Shown: one piece after another, positions 50,901-64,000 of the stretch | Layout: each line of letters begins with the position of its first letter | Numbering within the stretch: the first letter of the stretch is position 1 | NCBI GenBank assembly: GCA_965113315.1 | Contig: OZ220367.1 | Reading direction: 5' to 3' (one strand) | Source: Podarcis vaucheri | Taxonomy: Eukaryota | DNA length: 64,000 nucleotides | Made by a program: the position numbers and the translations under genes | Notes under the pieces: model-generated | The model's input: the letters and a program-made list of their open reading frames with translations, nothing else | What the model was told of the DNA's origin: nothing | The model's database searches: none

Positions 50901-53900
50901 TCCCGGAGTTTGTACCACAAAGCCAGCTCAGTACTTCACCAGCAGTTGGGAGGAGATAGGACAACACTGGGCTTCAGGTGTTCGCTGGGCCCTCTCTCCC
51001 AAGTATGTCTGTGTTGCGGAGGCATAAAACCAGGGTTTGCGGCACAAAACTGCCTTGGAATTTTGACATAAGCAACGCTGGTTTATGTGCTTTAGGATCC
51101 TGCTTTTAATATGTCAGTGCGTACTTATAGGTAGTGCCACAGAACAGGACACAATTTTGATTTTTGAAGGGTTTCCTGGGATTGGACAGTTTGCAATTAG
51201 CTTGGTTACTTTCTCTAAGGCATTGAGTGGGCTGCTGTTCAGGTCTCAACCAGCCTGTTTAATTTTGACCCCTCAGCAGTAAAGCCTGGCTAGTGGAATT
51301 CCTTTTGACTTGAACGCTTGCTGTAGACGATCCTTGCGCCCGGTGGACTCTAGAGGAAGAGATTGTGGCATTTGCTCTGCAGTGCCGTGAACAAGATAGC
51401 CCTGGCGCTTTGCTTTAACACCACAGTTGGTAGCCTTTTTTAAACGCAGGAGCTGAGCTGTTCTGGCTTTCGTCAGCCACAGAGATGGTGAATGGCCTGC
51501 CGCAAATGAAGTGGAGTGAATTGCTGCCTGTCTTCCACCGTTGCCCTGGACGCCACACCCAAATGTACCCCAGCAGGCCTTTTTCTAAGGCCGTAAAACT
51601 TCAAAGAGCCATGGAGTTCTGTCGAGAGGGTGGAGGGCACGCAACCCACAGACAGGTTTCGTACCTTGCTCTAAAAATATCGCCGTGTGGCCCGTCCTTC
51701 CCAGTTCTGGTCTTCTGGCCTGGCAGACCTAAAGAGCTGGCAGTTAACCACAACGGTAGGGTGTCTAGAATAGATGTGGATGGAAGGAGGGATTTGGAGG
51801 TAGTCTTGCTGTGAAGGGAAGTGCCCCATTCATTTCGGGCGGGGGGGGCTGAGAACTTCAGTCTGCAAGCCACCATCCCGGTGGGCTGCAATCCCTGCTG
51901 TTAATTAGAGGAAGAGGGGATACTAAATCAATTAGATTTTTCTCTTTGGGCACCCACCCCATCCAGGGTTATACTGTAGGCTTCACAAGCTAGCAAATGT
52001 AGGCTTTATGAACACGGCTGTGTGCATTATGCCCTTGGCGTGGCAGGGAGTTGAAATTCTGCACTTGAAATTCATCACCAGGAGACACTGGGTTCTGCAA
52101 CAGGTATAAATCATTTCACTTGGCAGAATTTATTCTCCAGTTTTTACTATTCTGCATATGTCTTGCTTTATTAGTCAAAGGGGAAGGGGGAGGAGTTTTG
52201 CCCAAGCCACCTCTGGTTTCTGCGGAGGCTTAGCAGACATTGCCCCATAAGTTTCCAAGCACATCTTGCACTGTCCCATGAGGACTTAAAACATGCTGAT
52301 GGGAGGGGGGGAGTGTTAAATGTGAAGCCTGAGTTTTTTGGGAAGGTACATCCTGCGTCCAGTATTCTGTGGGCTTTCTGTGCTCCCCTGGAATTTGTGG
52401 GTTTAATGTGGAGTTTCCTTCAGGTGCTGCACAACTGTTTGCTGGAGCAATTGTATCAATAGGCTGGGTCTGAAATATGCCAAAGAATGCAGAGACAACA
52501 GCAAAGGTTCTTTTGCAGTCTCTGGCTGCTTTACATGTCAACAGGCCACCAAAGTACCATCTTTGAGTTTCCGCCACACACCTTTCTGGCTTTTGTTCTT
52601 TGTAGAACTTGCAACATGTATAGCAGCCGAAGGTAGTTTGCAAAAATTCCCCTCTCTCCCTCTTTTTTGGTTTGATTTCCAGGCCGAAAGCAGGCAGGCC
52701 ATTTTTAATGTAGGAAAAGCCTCTTTCTGTGGAGAGGGTTAGGATAGTGGTGGGGAACCTGGGGGCCTCAGGATAATGGTTAGACTCCACTTCCTCATCC
52801 CGAGGCAGTGTGGCCATTGGTCAGGGATGATGGAATTTGTAGTCCAGGGACATCTAGACAGCATCAGGCCTACATCATACTCTATGAATTTCTCACTTAA
52901 AATGCACATACACCCAGAAATGCAAAAGCACAAATCAATGTAATCCTGTGGAACATTTAGTAGGACCCTCATTGTTAAAAATGAGTCGTGCCTCTAGTTT
53001 ACTCAGGTCAGTAATTCCCCATTTGCGTGCCACGGTGATGTTTGCATGCAGCAAGAAATTGAATAAACGCTGCGATGATGAATCCCAAGGCCTCCGAAAA
53101 GGCTGCTTGCTGGGTATGTTTATGATTCATCACAGCTCTAGCCATTTCCCTTTTCAGTCAGTGTCCCCTTGCAGGTACAGAGGTAGAAATCTGACACACG
53201 TGCGCAGTGGATGTGATTGGGTGCAGGAAAGCACGCAGAACTGCCTAACACCTGAGGGGGGGTTGCTTGCTGCATCTCTGTGTGAGTGGCTGTTCTGGAA
53301 GGCCCTTTAGATCAGGGACTTGGGCAACAAAAAGGGGGTGGGAGATATGGGTTCCTCTGTGGTGTGTGATTCTTCTGTGTTCAGATGACCGGCATGCTTA
53401 AGCTCTCAGAACCGACTCTGGCATTGTCATCAATCACCTCCCAGTCGGATGTGGCTTGCCAGTCCCTGGACTGCATCCTAGAGCATCGCTGGTGGCGCTA
53501 AATAGCTTCCATACCCAAGTACCGTGTCGCAGGGGTCCAGCCAGCCCTCCCATCGTATGCAGAGCCCTTTGCTGTCAGACTACAGACGCCAGTGTGAACA
53601 TTAGCAGATCTGCGGAATGTCTCCCAGCTCCGGCCGTGATCTGTTTCTCTGAAGATTTGATTACGGTGTGGATTCTAGATCATGGCCCATGTGGCTAGCA
53701 ACTTTTTTCTCTATCTTTTTTTTTATTTTCAGAGTTTATAGCAACTGTCAAGGTCTTATAAACAACATGAGCCCACATGTTCTGGAAGCCACAGGAATGA
53801 AGAGGCAGCACCCTGGGCAAAAAGCAACCTGGTTTTAATCTGTCTTCCACGTGCTGCAATGCCTTTTGGTTTCTGTCTCTCCCCGCTGACACCCCCCGCC

Positions 53901-54212
53901 CCCAGCACAAAGTGTTGAAAGAAGCTCAAGCACAACATCCCCTGCTCTGCTGGAATATTTTAGGCTTTTATGTGTTCCCTCCCTCATAAGCAGAATCTCG
54001 TACCAGGGGAAGAATTTGGCACCCTGAGAACATCAGTTGTTGGGAAGAGCTGTAAAACTTTCCCTTGTTGGGCTGGCATTCAACATCTGGATTAAGCTGG
54101 CATGTGTGCAGGAGGGTAACTTTAATTTCACTGGTGTGGTGGTCTTACTATGTGTATCTTTTAAAAAATGAACCGTTTGCCCATTCTGAGCCGCCAGGAA
54201 GGAATGGAAAAA

Positions 54213-54351
54213 AGAATCATGGAGTTGGAAGGGACCACACCGGTCATCTAGTCCAACCCCCTGCAATGCAGGAATCTTTTGCTCAATATGGAGCTCGAAC
54301 CCACAACTCTGAGATCAAGAGTCTTGTGCTCTGCTGACTGAGCTATCCCAG
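54213..54351 (-). mobile_element. SINE: tRNA-Lys(CTT)-like head plus CR1-type tail
   Basis: Minus strand GGATAGCTCAGTCAGCAGAGCACAAGACTCTTGATCTCAGAGTTGTGGGTTCGAGCTCCA, then GATTCCTGCATTGCAGGGGGTTGGACTAGATGACC. Confidence 0.8.
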
Positions 54352-54631
54352 GAGGAATTGGAACTGTGTAAATTTTAAACCACAAAAAAAGCTGTCATGT
54401 GTGTGTGGTATATGGTGGAAGAAACGTGCTAAGAGGAAGGCACGCTTGGCAAATCCACACCGTGATGAACTCTCACCCGGAAACCAATGTCCCCACTGTG
54501 GAAGGACAGGTGGATCCACAATTGGCATCCACAGTCACTTACGGACTCATTGTTAAAACCGTGTTTATGGAAGACAATCTTACTCGGCTACGAGTGATAG
54601 AAGAAGAAGAAGATGTGGTGGTGGGAGAGAT

Positions 54632-54922
54632 GTTGTTGTTGTTTAGTTGTTTAGTCGTGTCCGCCTCTTCGTGACCCCCTGGACCAGAGCACGCCAGGCA
54701 CTCCTGTCTTCCACTGCCTCCCACAGTTTGGTCAAACTCACGCTGGTAGCTTCGAGAACACTGTCCCACCATCTCGTCCTTCTCCTTGTGCCCTCCATCT
54801 TTCCCAACATCAGAGTCTTTTCCAGGGAGTCTTCTCTTCTCATGAGGTGGCCAAAGTCTTGGAGCCTCATCTTCAGGATCTGTCCCTCCAGTGAGCACTC
54901 AGGGCTGATTTCTTTAAGAATG
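54632..54922 (-). mobile_element. Bov-B LINE 3' fragment
   Basis: FGHLMRREDSLEKTLMLGKMEGTRRR...VTKRRTRLNN; (CAA)n tail; 9-bp TSD gggagagat. Confidence 0.92.
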
Positions 54923-54956
54923 GGGAGAGATAACTTTAGATAAATTTACTTGTGAT

Positions 54957-55127
54957 TCATATAGAATCATAGAACTGTACAGTTGGAAAGGGACCCCTTG
55001 GGTCATCTAGTCCCCTGCAATGCAGGAATCTCAACACGCCGTCCCCCATCCAATTTGAAACCATACTGGACCCTGCTTAGCTTGGCAAATGTGCTATCAG
55101 TTTTACTGCTGCACCACTGCTGTTGCC
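54957..55127 (-). mobile_element. SINE: 5S-rRNA-like head plus the same CR1-type tail
   Basis: 55040-55083 (minus) matches the recalled 5S box A-IE-box C at 34/44 positions; followed by GATTCCTGCATTGCAGGGG. Confidence 0.7.
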
Positions 55128-56496
55128 AGTGACAGTCAGTGTTGCAGATGCCTTCTAAAAATGGCGTTGGCATGTGTGCTAGGCTTCTCCAAGGGTGGGA
55201 CCCTCAGGCCTATAGTTGTTAAATATCTGCCTATCAGACACCAATGTTTGTCATGGGACCTTGATGGGCAATTTATATAGGCAAAGTTACAGTGGGAGGG
55301 AGCAGTTGAGCCCCAGAGAAGTGCCAGGAGTGCAGATGGCTAGCCTGCGCTTCTGCGTCAAGCCACTCCACCTCCCTGCCTCCGGGACATGATACAGGTG
55401 CCCTGTTTCTTTTGTACTTGATTTATTTCAGACTACATCCGACTCCTTCCTAAAGGAGATCTGGAAAGCACTATAAAGTAACAGAAAACAATAGAAAACA
55501 GGGACACTCTCAGCAGCTCATAATAACTAAGAGGGCACAAAAGCCCAATTAATCAGAGTGACACAGGCCCAGGAAGGTATCCTCTTTGCAGAAAACTCTG
55601 GGGTGAATTCCTTTTTGTCCCTGCCCTTGTTCTCTGAGACGGGGAAGCTTGTGGAGCTAAGCCCTGTGTAAATGCCCATGGGGGGAGGAGAGGGGAGCAC
55701 TTAAAGTCCTCGTTAGTCTTTTAGTCAGTTCGCCCCCCACCAACCGGAATTTGTTAAGAGACTTCAAACCCATCCAGGGAAATAAATGCCGAATGCACGT
55801 AAAGCAGTTTCCTTGTTTTCTTTCGTCGTGGGCTTTTACGGAAACGCCGCTCCATTCATTACTCTAAAGCAATTCTAAGCATGCGGAGGAATTGGCTTAG
55901 GAAGGAATCATATTAGCGGCTTCCATAATTTGGTTTGATTTATTAGAGAAAATTGAGTAACGGGGAGGAATTGCATCCTGCCTTTGGAACATTCTTTCTG
56001 CCCTTGTCCAGAAATGTACAGGCTGGCTTTGTTGACTCCAGCGCTAGGATTTTCCTTCTTATGGAAGGCAAGAGAGGAATGGCAGTCCCTGCAGCCTAGG
56101 AAGATATTACGCCATTATTATTATTATTATTATTGTTGTTGTTGTTGTTGTTGCTACTGATTCATGCCATCCGGTTCAGATTAGCACTTGGTCAGATGGT
56201 TAAACCCAGGATTCAGTTTGCTACTAAAGGGCAAGGAGAATGGCAGGTGTGTTTTGAACATAGTCTTCCTAGATAAGTGCGATCTAGCGCTTGGAGTCTC
56301 AGACCTAGACGAGGACCTGCGAAACCAGGGTTCAGATCCCCACTCAGCCAAGAAAGGCCACTGGGTGCCAGTCACTGCCTCTCTGAGTCTCACCTGCCTT
56401 GTAGGCTTGTTGTGAGGATGAAATGGAGTGAGGGGAAAAGTATGTATGCCACTTTGAGCTCATTGGAGGAAAGGTGGGATATAAATGGAACGGTGA

Positions 56497-56802
<306 letters not shown>

Positions 56803-59018
56803 TGAACAAATCGGTTGGAACATGCAGACTTGCACGAAGCCCAGTGTAAGGTTTTCCCTAGCCACGCTGATCTCTCCACTTCCCCCACAGAATGTGTACC
56901 TTGCCGCCGTCCTTGTTTTCCTTTAAGTACTTTGAATGATTATGAAACTATGGTAATGGGTCTATTTGTATAGTCCTATCAGTATGCACAGGGCTTTACA
57001 GATTGCCCATCTTGTGTGCCGTAGCAAAGCGAGGCATTGTGTCCTTGGATAGTCAAGACTCTGTCTTGAAGCATCTGCGATCATTATGGACGTGTGTCAT
57101 TTCCAGGTTTCACAGGACAGCTTTTTTTTTTTCTTTTTTTTTTTAGGATCCTGACCTTTGATGTGCATAGGGATGCTCCTGGCGTGGAGACTAAAAGCTG
57201 GCAGATTTGTTAATACCTAATATTTAGAATTTGCGAAGAGTGGACAGTGCTTCATGTGTATTATCTCAGTAATCGTTACAACAGCCCTGCTAGTTAGAGG
57301 CTGAGTCCTGTAGCTGGATCAGACCCAAAGGGGGGCACTGTTGAAAAGCAAGATAATATCCTTCTGGATCACGCCAAAGGAGCCTCTATTGCAGCTTCCT
57401 GTTCTCGCAGTGACCAGCTAGATCCCCACAGGCAGGACCTGAGTGCAACAGCGCACTCCCCAGCAACTAGGGCTCAGAGGCATGCTGATTCCGACTGGGG
57501 GACCAGGGCATAGTCTTTGTGGCTGGTAGCCGTGGATGGCCATACCTTGCATGGATTGGTCCAAGCTCCTTTTAAAGCTGCCCTGGTTGGTGGCCACCCC
57601 AGATGATGTTCACCCTCATTTTGCAGAAGGTGAGAGATGCCGGCTTGCCTGAGGCCTCCCCACAGAATTCATGGCAGCTTTGAGCGGTCAAATGCATCTG
57701 CAAGGGGCAGCAGCAGTCCTTAAGGCTCCTCGGTTTCTATCTTGCATTAAGCTCCTGCACCCAGTCTGCAGTCGCTGTCCACCCTGCTTTGCATGTCTTC
57801 ATCGCATTCGTAAGCAACTCATTAGTCCCCCGAGTTGTTAAAGCACCAATAGCACATCAGCAACACGAAGAGCCAAATGAGATTCTGTCTTTTGGATTTT
57901 ATTGCTTGCGTGAATCACTTGGCTGACACGTCCTGAAATTGGACCTGCCTCGGGTTGTTGGTTGTCTGCACAAACAGGGCTGACCTTTCTTCTCAGAAAT
58001 GCATATCTCAGGTTGTCCCTACATTGTCACAGAAGATTTACAGCTGCCTGCTGATGGGAAGACGTGGTTCTCTGTTTGAGGGATGGAGTGATAACATCTC
58101 GGGTCTTGGGGACCTTATTTCTCAGCTGCCATAGAGCATTCCCAGGCCACAGAGTTCCATGTGACTTGATCTCCAGAACTCCAGATCTTTCTGGGAGAAA
58201 GGCATCTATAAATCTCTCTGGCTGTAACTCAGCCTTCTCCAAGCTTCTGCCCTCCAAATGTTTTGAACTGCAGTTCCCATCAGTCCCAGCCAGCACGGTT
58301 TTGGCAGCTAAGCCTTGGTTAAAGGTGAGAAAGGTGGGCAAGCCAGAAAGGATAAGTTGGGATGCTACCAGTGCGTGAACCAGTCATGGGGAGGAAAATG
58401 CAGGGTGGCAGTTTTGTTTCGTTTTCAAAATTGTCCAGAGTTGAGAATGAATGTGCAGAGCAAAGGAAAGACAGCAAATAAACCAGTTTCCTGCTTCTGA
58501 ACAGAGTGCTGTACGAGTTATGTGAACAAGTAGTTCAACCCCACATTCTTCACAAGTTTAATAATATGCTGAAAAATGGCTTTGAAAGTGGCAGAATGTG
58601 GCTACAGAAAAATCACTCTTTACCAGCTCGGCACAAATTGATCTTGAGTTGGAAGAATTCCTAGCAATCCTGTTTTCTGAATTGCTTCTAAGCCCTGTTT
58701 CAAGGGCTTGTCCCTTCAACCCCTGGTGATGCTTCTGAGATGAGCAGAGAGCAAGATCGCATAACTTTCCTGCTCCCAGACAGGCCCTGAGGACAGGGAG
58801 CCAAGAGAAAGTTTGGGTGTCATGCAAAGAGAACAGAAACCGTGAGAGTGTGAGTGCAATGCTTGAGGGCTGAGGTCACCTTCTCCAGAAATGACAAGAT
58901 TTTAGGCAGGCGAAGTCAAGAGGCTAAATGTTGAAAAATAAAATTCCAAAGTTGCTTAAACCGAAGTCATGATGGGTTTCAGCAGGGTGTACTTGGCCCG
59001 TGGACACAGCCTGAAGCA

Positions 59019-59022
<4 letters not shown>

Positions 59023-59089
<67 letters not shown>
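59023..59089. repeat. Compound (TG)n(AG)n microsatellite
   Basis: Seen directly. Confidence 0.95.
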
Positions 59090-59091
<2 letters not shown>

Positions 59092-60266
59092 ACTACTCAT
59101 TAGCAGGGAGCCCCTTCCCAACTTAAGCAATCCAGAGTGATCCTGTAAAACTCAACTATACTGCACCCTTTTCAGAATACACCTTACAAATTCAGAACTT
59201 TCCGGTCGCTCTGGTCATGGTGTTTACTTTCTGGCCAAATCTGGACCATTACCAGCCTTGCAACTGCACTCCCAGGCAGGTCTGCTACAGGTCTGATGGC
59301 TTGGGAGGACCTCCATAGTCTCTCTCTCTCCCCCCCCCCCCCATGTAAAAGGGCTTGAAGTTTGATTGCATCTTAAATAGATCAGGCCCACTGCCCTCTG
59401 CCTCATCAGCAGCAATAAATATGCCGGTGGCCTTCTTCAGCTCCCATCTGCCTAACTGGTTGGAAGCCCTGAAAATCCGATTAACACCTTCCCACTCCCT
59501 CTGTGGGCCTAGCCTTTCTGTTTGGCTTTGGCTGGGAGCTTCTGCATTGCATCAACTTGATGATCTCTCTGATCTCTGCTTTGCAAGGATGAAATTAAGG
59601 GGTTTGGTTATCTGGCAGGATTAATTCTGCTGCTGAGATTTATAACCCGTAGGAAGAAGGAAGTAGAATCTGAAGCTGCTTCTGGTCGAGAGGGGGAATG
59701 TAATCTCTTGCAGACTTTCCCCTTCTTCCTAGTTTAGTTATTAGGCACAGGAAGATCGGAGGTTTCTGGATGGGGGGAAAGGATGGAGAAGTAATTTTGC
59801 TTCCAGGCAAGTGGAAATAAGGGAGAAGGAGAGAGAATGGAGCAGAGAGATACTCATTTATTTGTATTTATTATTTTCATTTAGGAAAAATATATAAATC
59901 TCTTAGAAAAAGTCTCTTAAGTGGTGTACAGTATATAAATTAATTAGCAACAATACAAAGATGAAATCAGCAAAGCCTACATATCTGGATTATACCTCTG
60001 ACTAGTATATCAGACATTCTGCCACATACCTTCATGACAGCTGAGTCAAATCTCTGTATTCCGAGCAAGTTACCTCAGAATTCCTGGTGTTGGAGGGGAA
60101 ATAATAAAGGAGACACGTTATTCTTAAGTTCCGAGAAACATCTGGCTGACCACTGCTTGCAAAGCCCGTCACTAAGCTAGAGCAACGGATTCTTTGATCC
60201 TGCAGAGCTTCTTTTGCATTCTTAGCCGCTTTCCAAGTGCTCACTGTGGTCGGTTCCTAGAGAGGG

Positions 60267-60403
60267 ATCATAGAATCGTAGAGTTGGAAGGGACCCCGGG
60301 GGTCATCTAGTCCAACCCCCTGCAATGCAGGAATCCTTTGAGGGGCTTGAACCCACTGCCTTGAATTTAACAGTCCCATGCTCTGCCCCCTGAGTTATCC
60401 CAG
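60267..60403 (-). mobile_element. SINE: degenerate tRNA-Lys-like head plus CR1-type tail
   Basis: Minus strand GGATAACTCAG..GCAGAGCATGGGACT...GGGTTCAAGCCCC, then GATTCCTGCATTGCAGGGGGTTGGACTAGATGACC. Confidence 0.72.
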
Positions 60404-60758
60404 TGTTTCTAAGAATGACCGGCCACAACAGGCAAATGATGGCTACCGCTCACTCTGAATGAGGATTTGCAAGAACTGTTCTAAGTAGGTGAACAAAAAG
60501 CAGTTGGCTTGTTAGCCCTGCGCCAGCCTTCAGCAACCTTGCAGGGACACGGAATTGTAGCCCAAAACATCTGCTGGGCACCATATTGGGGAAGCCTGGT
60601 TTATACCCAGTTGACTTGACACGGGTGGGAGCGAGGAGGGTGAACTCTTTCTACTGTCTTGTTCCTCCCAGTTTGATTTCCTTTTACCCATTGTTTTATT
60701 TCAATGTTTGGTATACCAGTTAATCACAAGTCACTTATTGATGAAGAGATCCGCCTGA

Positions 60759-61492
<734 letters not shown>

Positions 61493-63387
61493 GGCTGTGT
61501 AAATAGGTTTGGCTTTGTCTTGCCCCTGGGGTTTCTGCTTTCAGCTGTTGAGCATTGTGATTTCCAAGCTGAGCACTGTAGTACACATGCCGGCCTGTAG
61601 AGCCAAAGGTCTTGGATCTAATATTTGATCATCTCCTTTAAAAAGGGAATGAATTAATGGGTGATTTGAAAAGCCTTTTCCCCTCTTGCCTGAGACCCTG
61701 GAGAGGAACTGCTAGTCAAAGCAGGAAACACCAGCCTGGAAGGACCAATAATCCTACTCCTTGCATAGCAGCTCCCTTATAACAGACAAGCTGGTGTTTT
61801 GCCTGCAGAAGGTAACCTGGTTCAATCCCCAGCGCCTCCTGTGAAAGGGACCCTGGGTGGCAGGGCTGGGAAAATGCCCTCTTGGGACTTTAGGGAGCAG
61901 CAGCTACCTGGAGAATCCCATCCTAGGCCAGGTGGATCAGTGGTCTGACCTCATCACAAGTCTGTCCCCAAAACCAAGGCGATGGTTTGGTCCTCTAGCA
62001 GTTTCAGGGGAACTGCCTTCAGATTCCCAGTTTCCGGCTTCTCCTTCTGCCGGAACTGCTGATCTCTCTCCTCTTCAGCATCACCCTTTCAAATAGATTT
62101 GTGGGATGCAATTATATTCCCTTTCGTTAAGTTCGGGCGCCGTTTGATTCCTGTGGGCGAAAAGGGGAGCCAGCAGTGAGCACAGCATCACATCGGCGCT
62201 CTCAAAGGTTAATCTTTCAAGCTTCCCCCTCTGAGAGCATATTGCGCCCCCAGCTATGGAAAGCATGATGAGAATCTGCATCAGCCAGGAGAAGAAGGGA
62301 GCTGTTTCCTGGCAACGTTAAGGAAAGTGATTGTAAATCGCCAGGGTCGTGGTAGGTAGCTTAAGATTCAGGGTGGAGGGCAGGTTTTGAAGTTGGCGTC
62401 CCTCTGGTTAAGGGGGGGCAGGGAAAATGCAGAGCAAACTGCAGCCGCCTCATTCCTCCTCTGCCACTTCCTGAACACTGCTGGAGACTTTTATCTCAGG
62501 GGTGGCGTAGGAAAAATGACTTGCCAACTTGGAGAGTAGAGATGATTTTATTTCGGACTCTGCCGCCGCCACCGATTTGCACAGCCCTCTTAACGCCATC
62601 CTCAAAATGCAGTCTTTGCTTTTATCCTTTTAACAGGCAGAACCAGGGCTCTGGGCAGTCCTTGTACTTGCAGCTCCCTCACCTTCAGCATCCTGAGAAT
62701 AATTTTTTAAAAGACATTTCTAGGCTGCAAGTAGAAGTTTCAGAATGTGCAAGAAGTGCCTGGTCGGAACCTGGGGGCTTCTGCCAGTGGGAGGAGAACA
62801 CATTATATTTACAGTACGGATTTCAGGTTGCTTTTCTGCATCCTTCTCCAGCTTCTTCCCTTCCAGGTGTTTTAAACTCAGCCGCGCAGGGTGGTGCTAA
62901 TAAGAGTTCTAGTCCCAAACCTCTGGAAGGCACCAGGGTGGTGAAGGACTCAGAAAAGCAGTCGCATTACTTTATCATGTGAACGTATGGAGCTGTTTTT
63001 TACTGAGTTAGACTATTGGTCCTTCAATCCAGTATTGTCGACTCTGACTGGCAGCGGCTTTCTGCAGTCTCTGGAAGAGAGACCATGCCCAAGCCTTGCT
63101 TCCTGTATCTGGAGATGCTGGGGAGTGAAACCCAATATTGCCTACTTTGACTGCCAGCATCCCTTCAAGGCGTTTGATGGAAGGTTTCCCAGAATTTTAA
63201 ACTAGTAATCCCAGGGATTGAAGTGATGACCTTCTGCAAGCAAGTCGGGTGCTCTGCCATGGACCTAAGGCCCTTCCCCAACTAAGTCCATTGAATCTGT
63301 GGTGAGGAGGACTGTAGATGTTCCCAGGCAGGCCGGGCTGTGGGCTATGCGCTTTCCAAGCTTTCCCGAAGAGGGAGGTGCAGAGAG

Positions 63388-63624
63388 TTTGGATTTGATA
63401 TCCCGCTTTATCACCCCCCTTCAGGAGTCTCAAAGCGGCTAACATTCTCCTTTCCCTTCCTCCCCCACAACAAACACTCTGTGAGGTGAGTGAGGCTGAG
63501 ACACTTCAAAGAAGTGTGACTGGCCCAAGGTCACCCAGCAGCTGCATGTGGAGGAGTGGGGAAGCGAACCCGGTTCCCCAGATTGCAAGGCCACTGCTCT
63601 TAACCACTACACCAACTGGCTCTC
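63388..63624 (-). mobile_element. Squam3-like tRNA/CORE SINE
   Basis: Minus strand A box TGGTGTAGTGG; B box GGTTCGCTTCC; GGGTGACCTTGGGCCAGTCAC core; L2-like tail. Confidence 0.75.
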
Positions 63625-64000
63625 TAGAGAGAGAATTGCCATGTGAAAATACACAGTAAGGCGAGAAGCCTGGCTTCTCTCTGCTTGTTCCTGGGTCTGC
63701 ACAACCGCATCTGTGTCCATGGCCATGATTCAGAGCAGTTGTGTCCTGGGGAAATCAAACCTGATGGAAATGCTGTCTCAGAAGTAACTCGGATTCTGCA
63801 ATGACAGCAAGCCGAATTCAGCAATGTGTTTTGCAGGCTGGGCACATGCCACCTCTCCGCCTGAATTTCGCATACTTCAGGCTACCCTTTTATCCCTGCA
63901 AATCCGGCAAGATCACCTTGAGCTGAACGATTGGCGCAGGCGGCAGATCAGTTCTCAGGGACAGACAGATGAACGGATAAACCTGCTTTCTGCAGTTTCG

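Noticed and set aside
52230-52817. 195-aa minus-strand ORF
   Set aside because: No recognisable domain or splice support; its start overlaps a hAT-MITE fragment; consistent with a chance intronic ORF.

Overview
Vertebrate genomic DNA, almost certainly from a squamate (lizard, probably lacertid), inferred from the repeat content: Sauria/Squam SINEs, Bov-B, CR1, L2 and Penelope-like elements. The + strand carries ten consecutive internal coding exons of PSMD1 (26S proteasome subunit Rpn2). All have GT-AG boundaries and continuous phase, and the gene runs off both ends of the window. The complete coding sequence of the serotonin receptor HTR2B (3 coding exons, about 462 aa) lies antisense inside one 36.9-kb PSMD1 intron (4310-41258). 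The rest is intronic and rich in transposons. Most notable observations: (1) one CR1-type SINE tail is fused to at least four different Pol III heads (tRNA-Ile, tRNA-Asn, tRNA-Lys, 5S rRNA); (2) a Bov-B copy carries a perfect 59-bp inverted copy of nearby host sequence, inserted in frame; (3) the ancestral-looking HTR2B N-terminus is interrupted by an in-frame TAG and apparently rescued by a downstream ATG; (4) fold-back Penelope-like insertions carry minimal hammerhead ribozyme motifs on both strands; (5) a recursive-splice-type AG|GTGAGT opens the exon just before the giant intron. No prokaryotic-type systems (CRISPR etc.) are present. Family assignments come from recalled consensus sequences, not database searches. 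Repeat boundaries are approximate unless a target-site duplication (TSD) is quoted.
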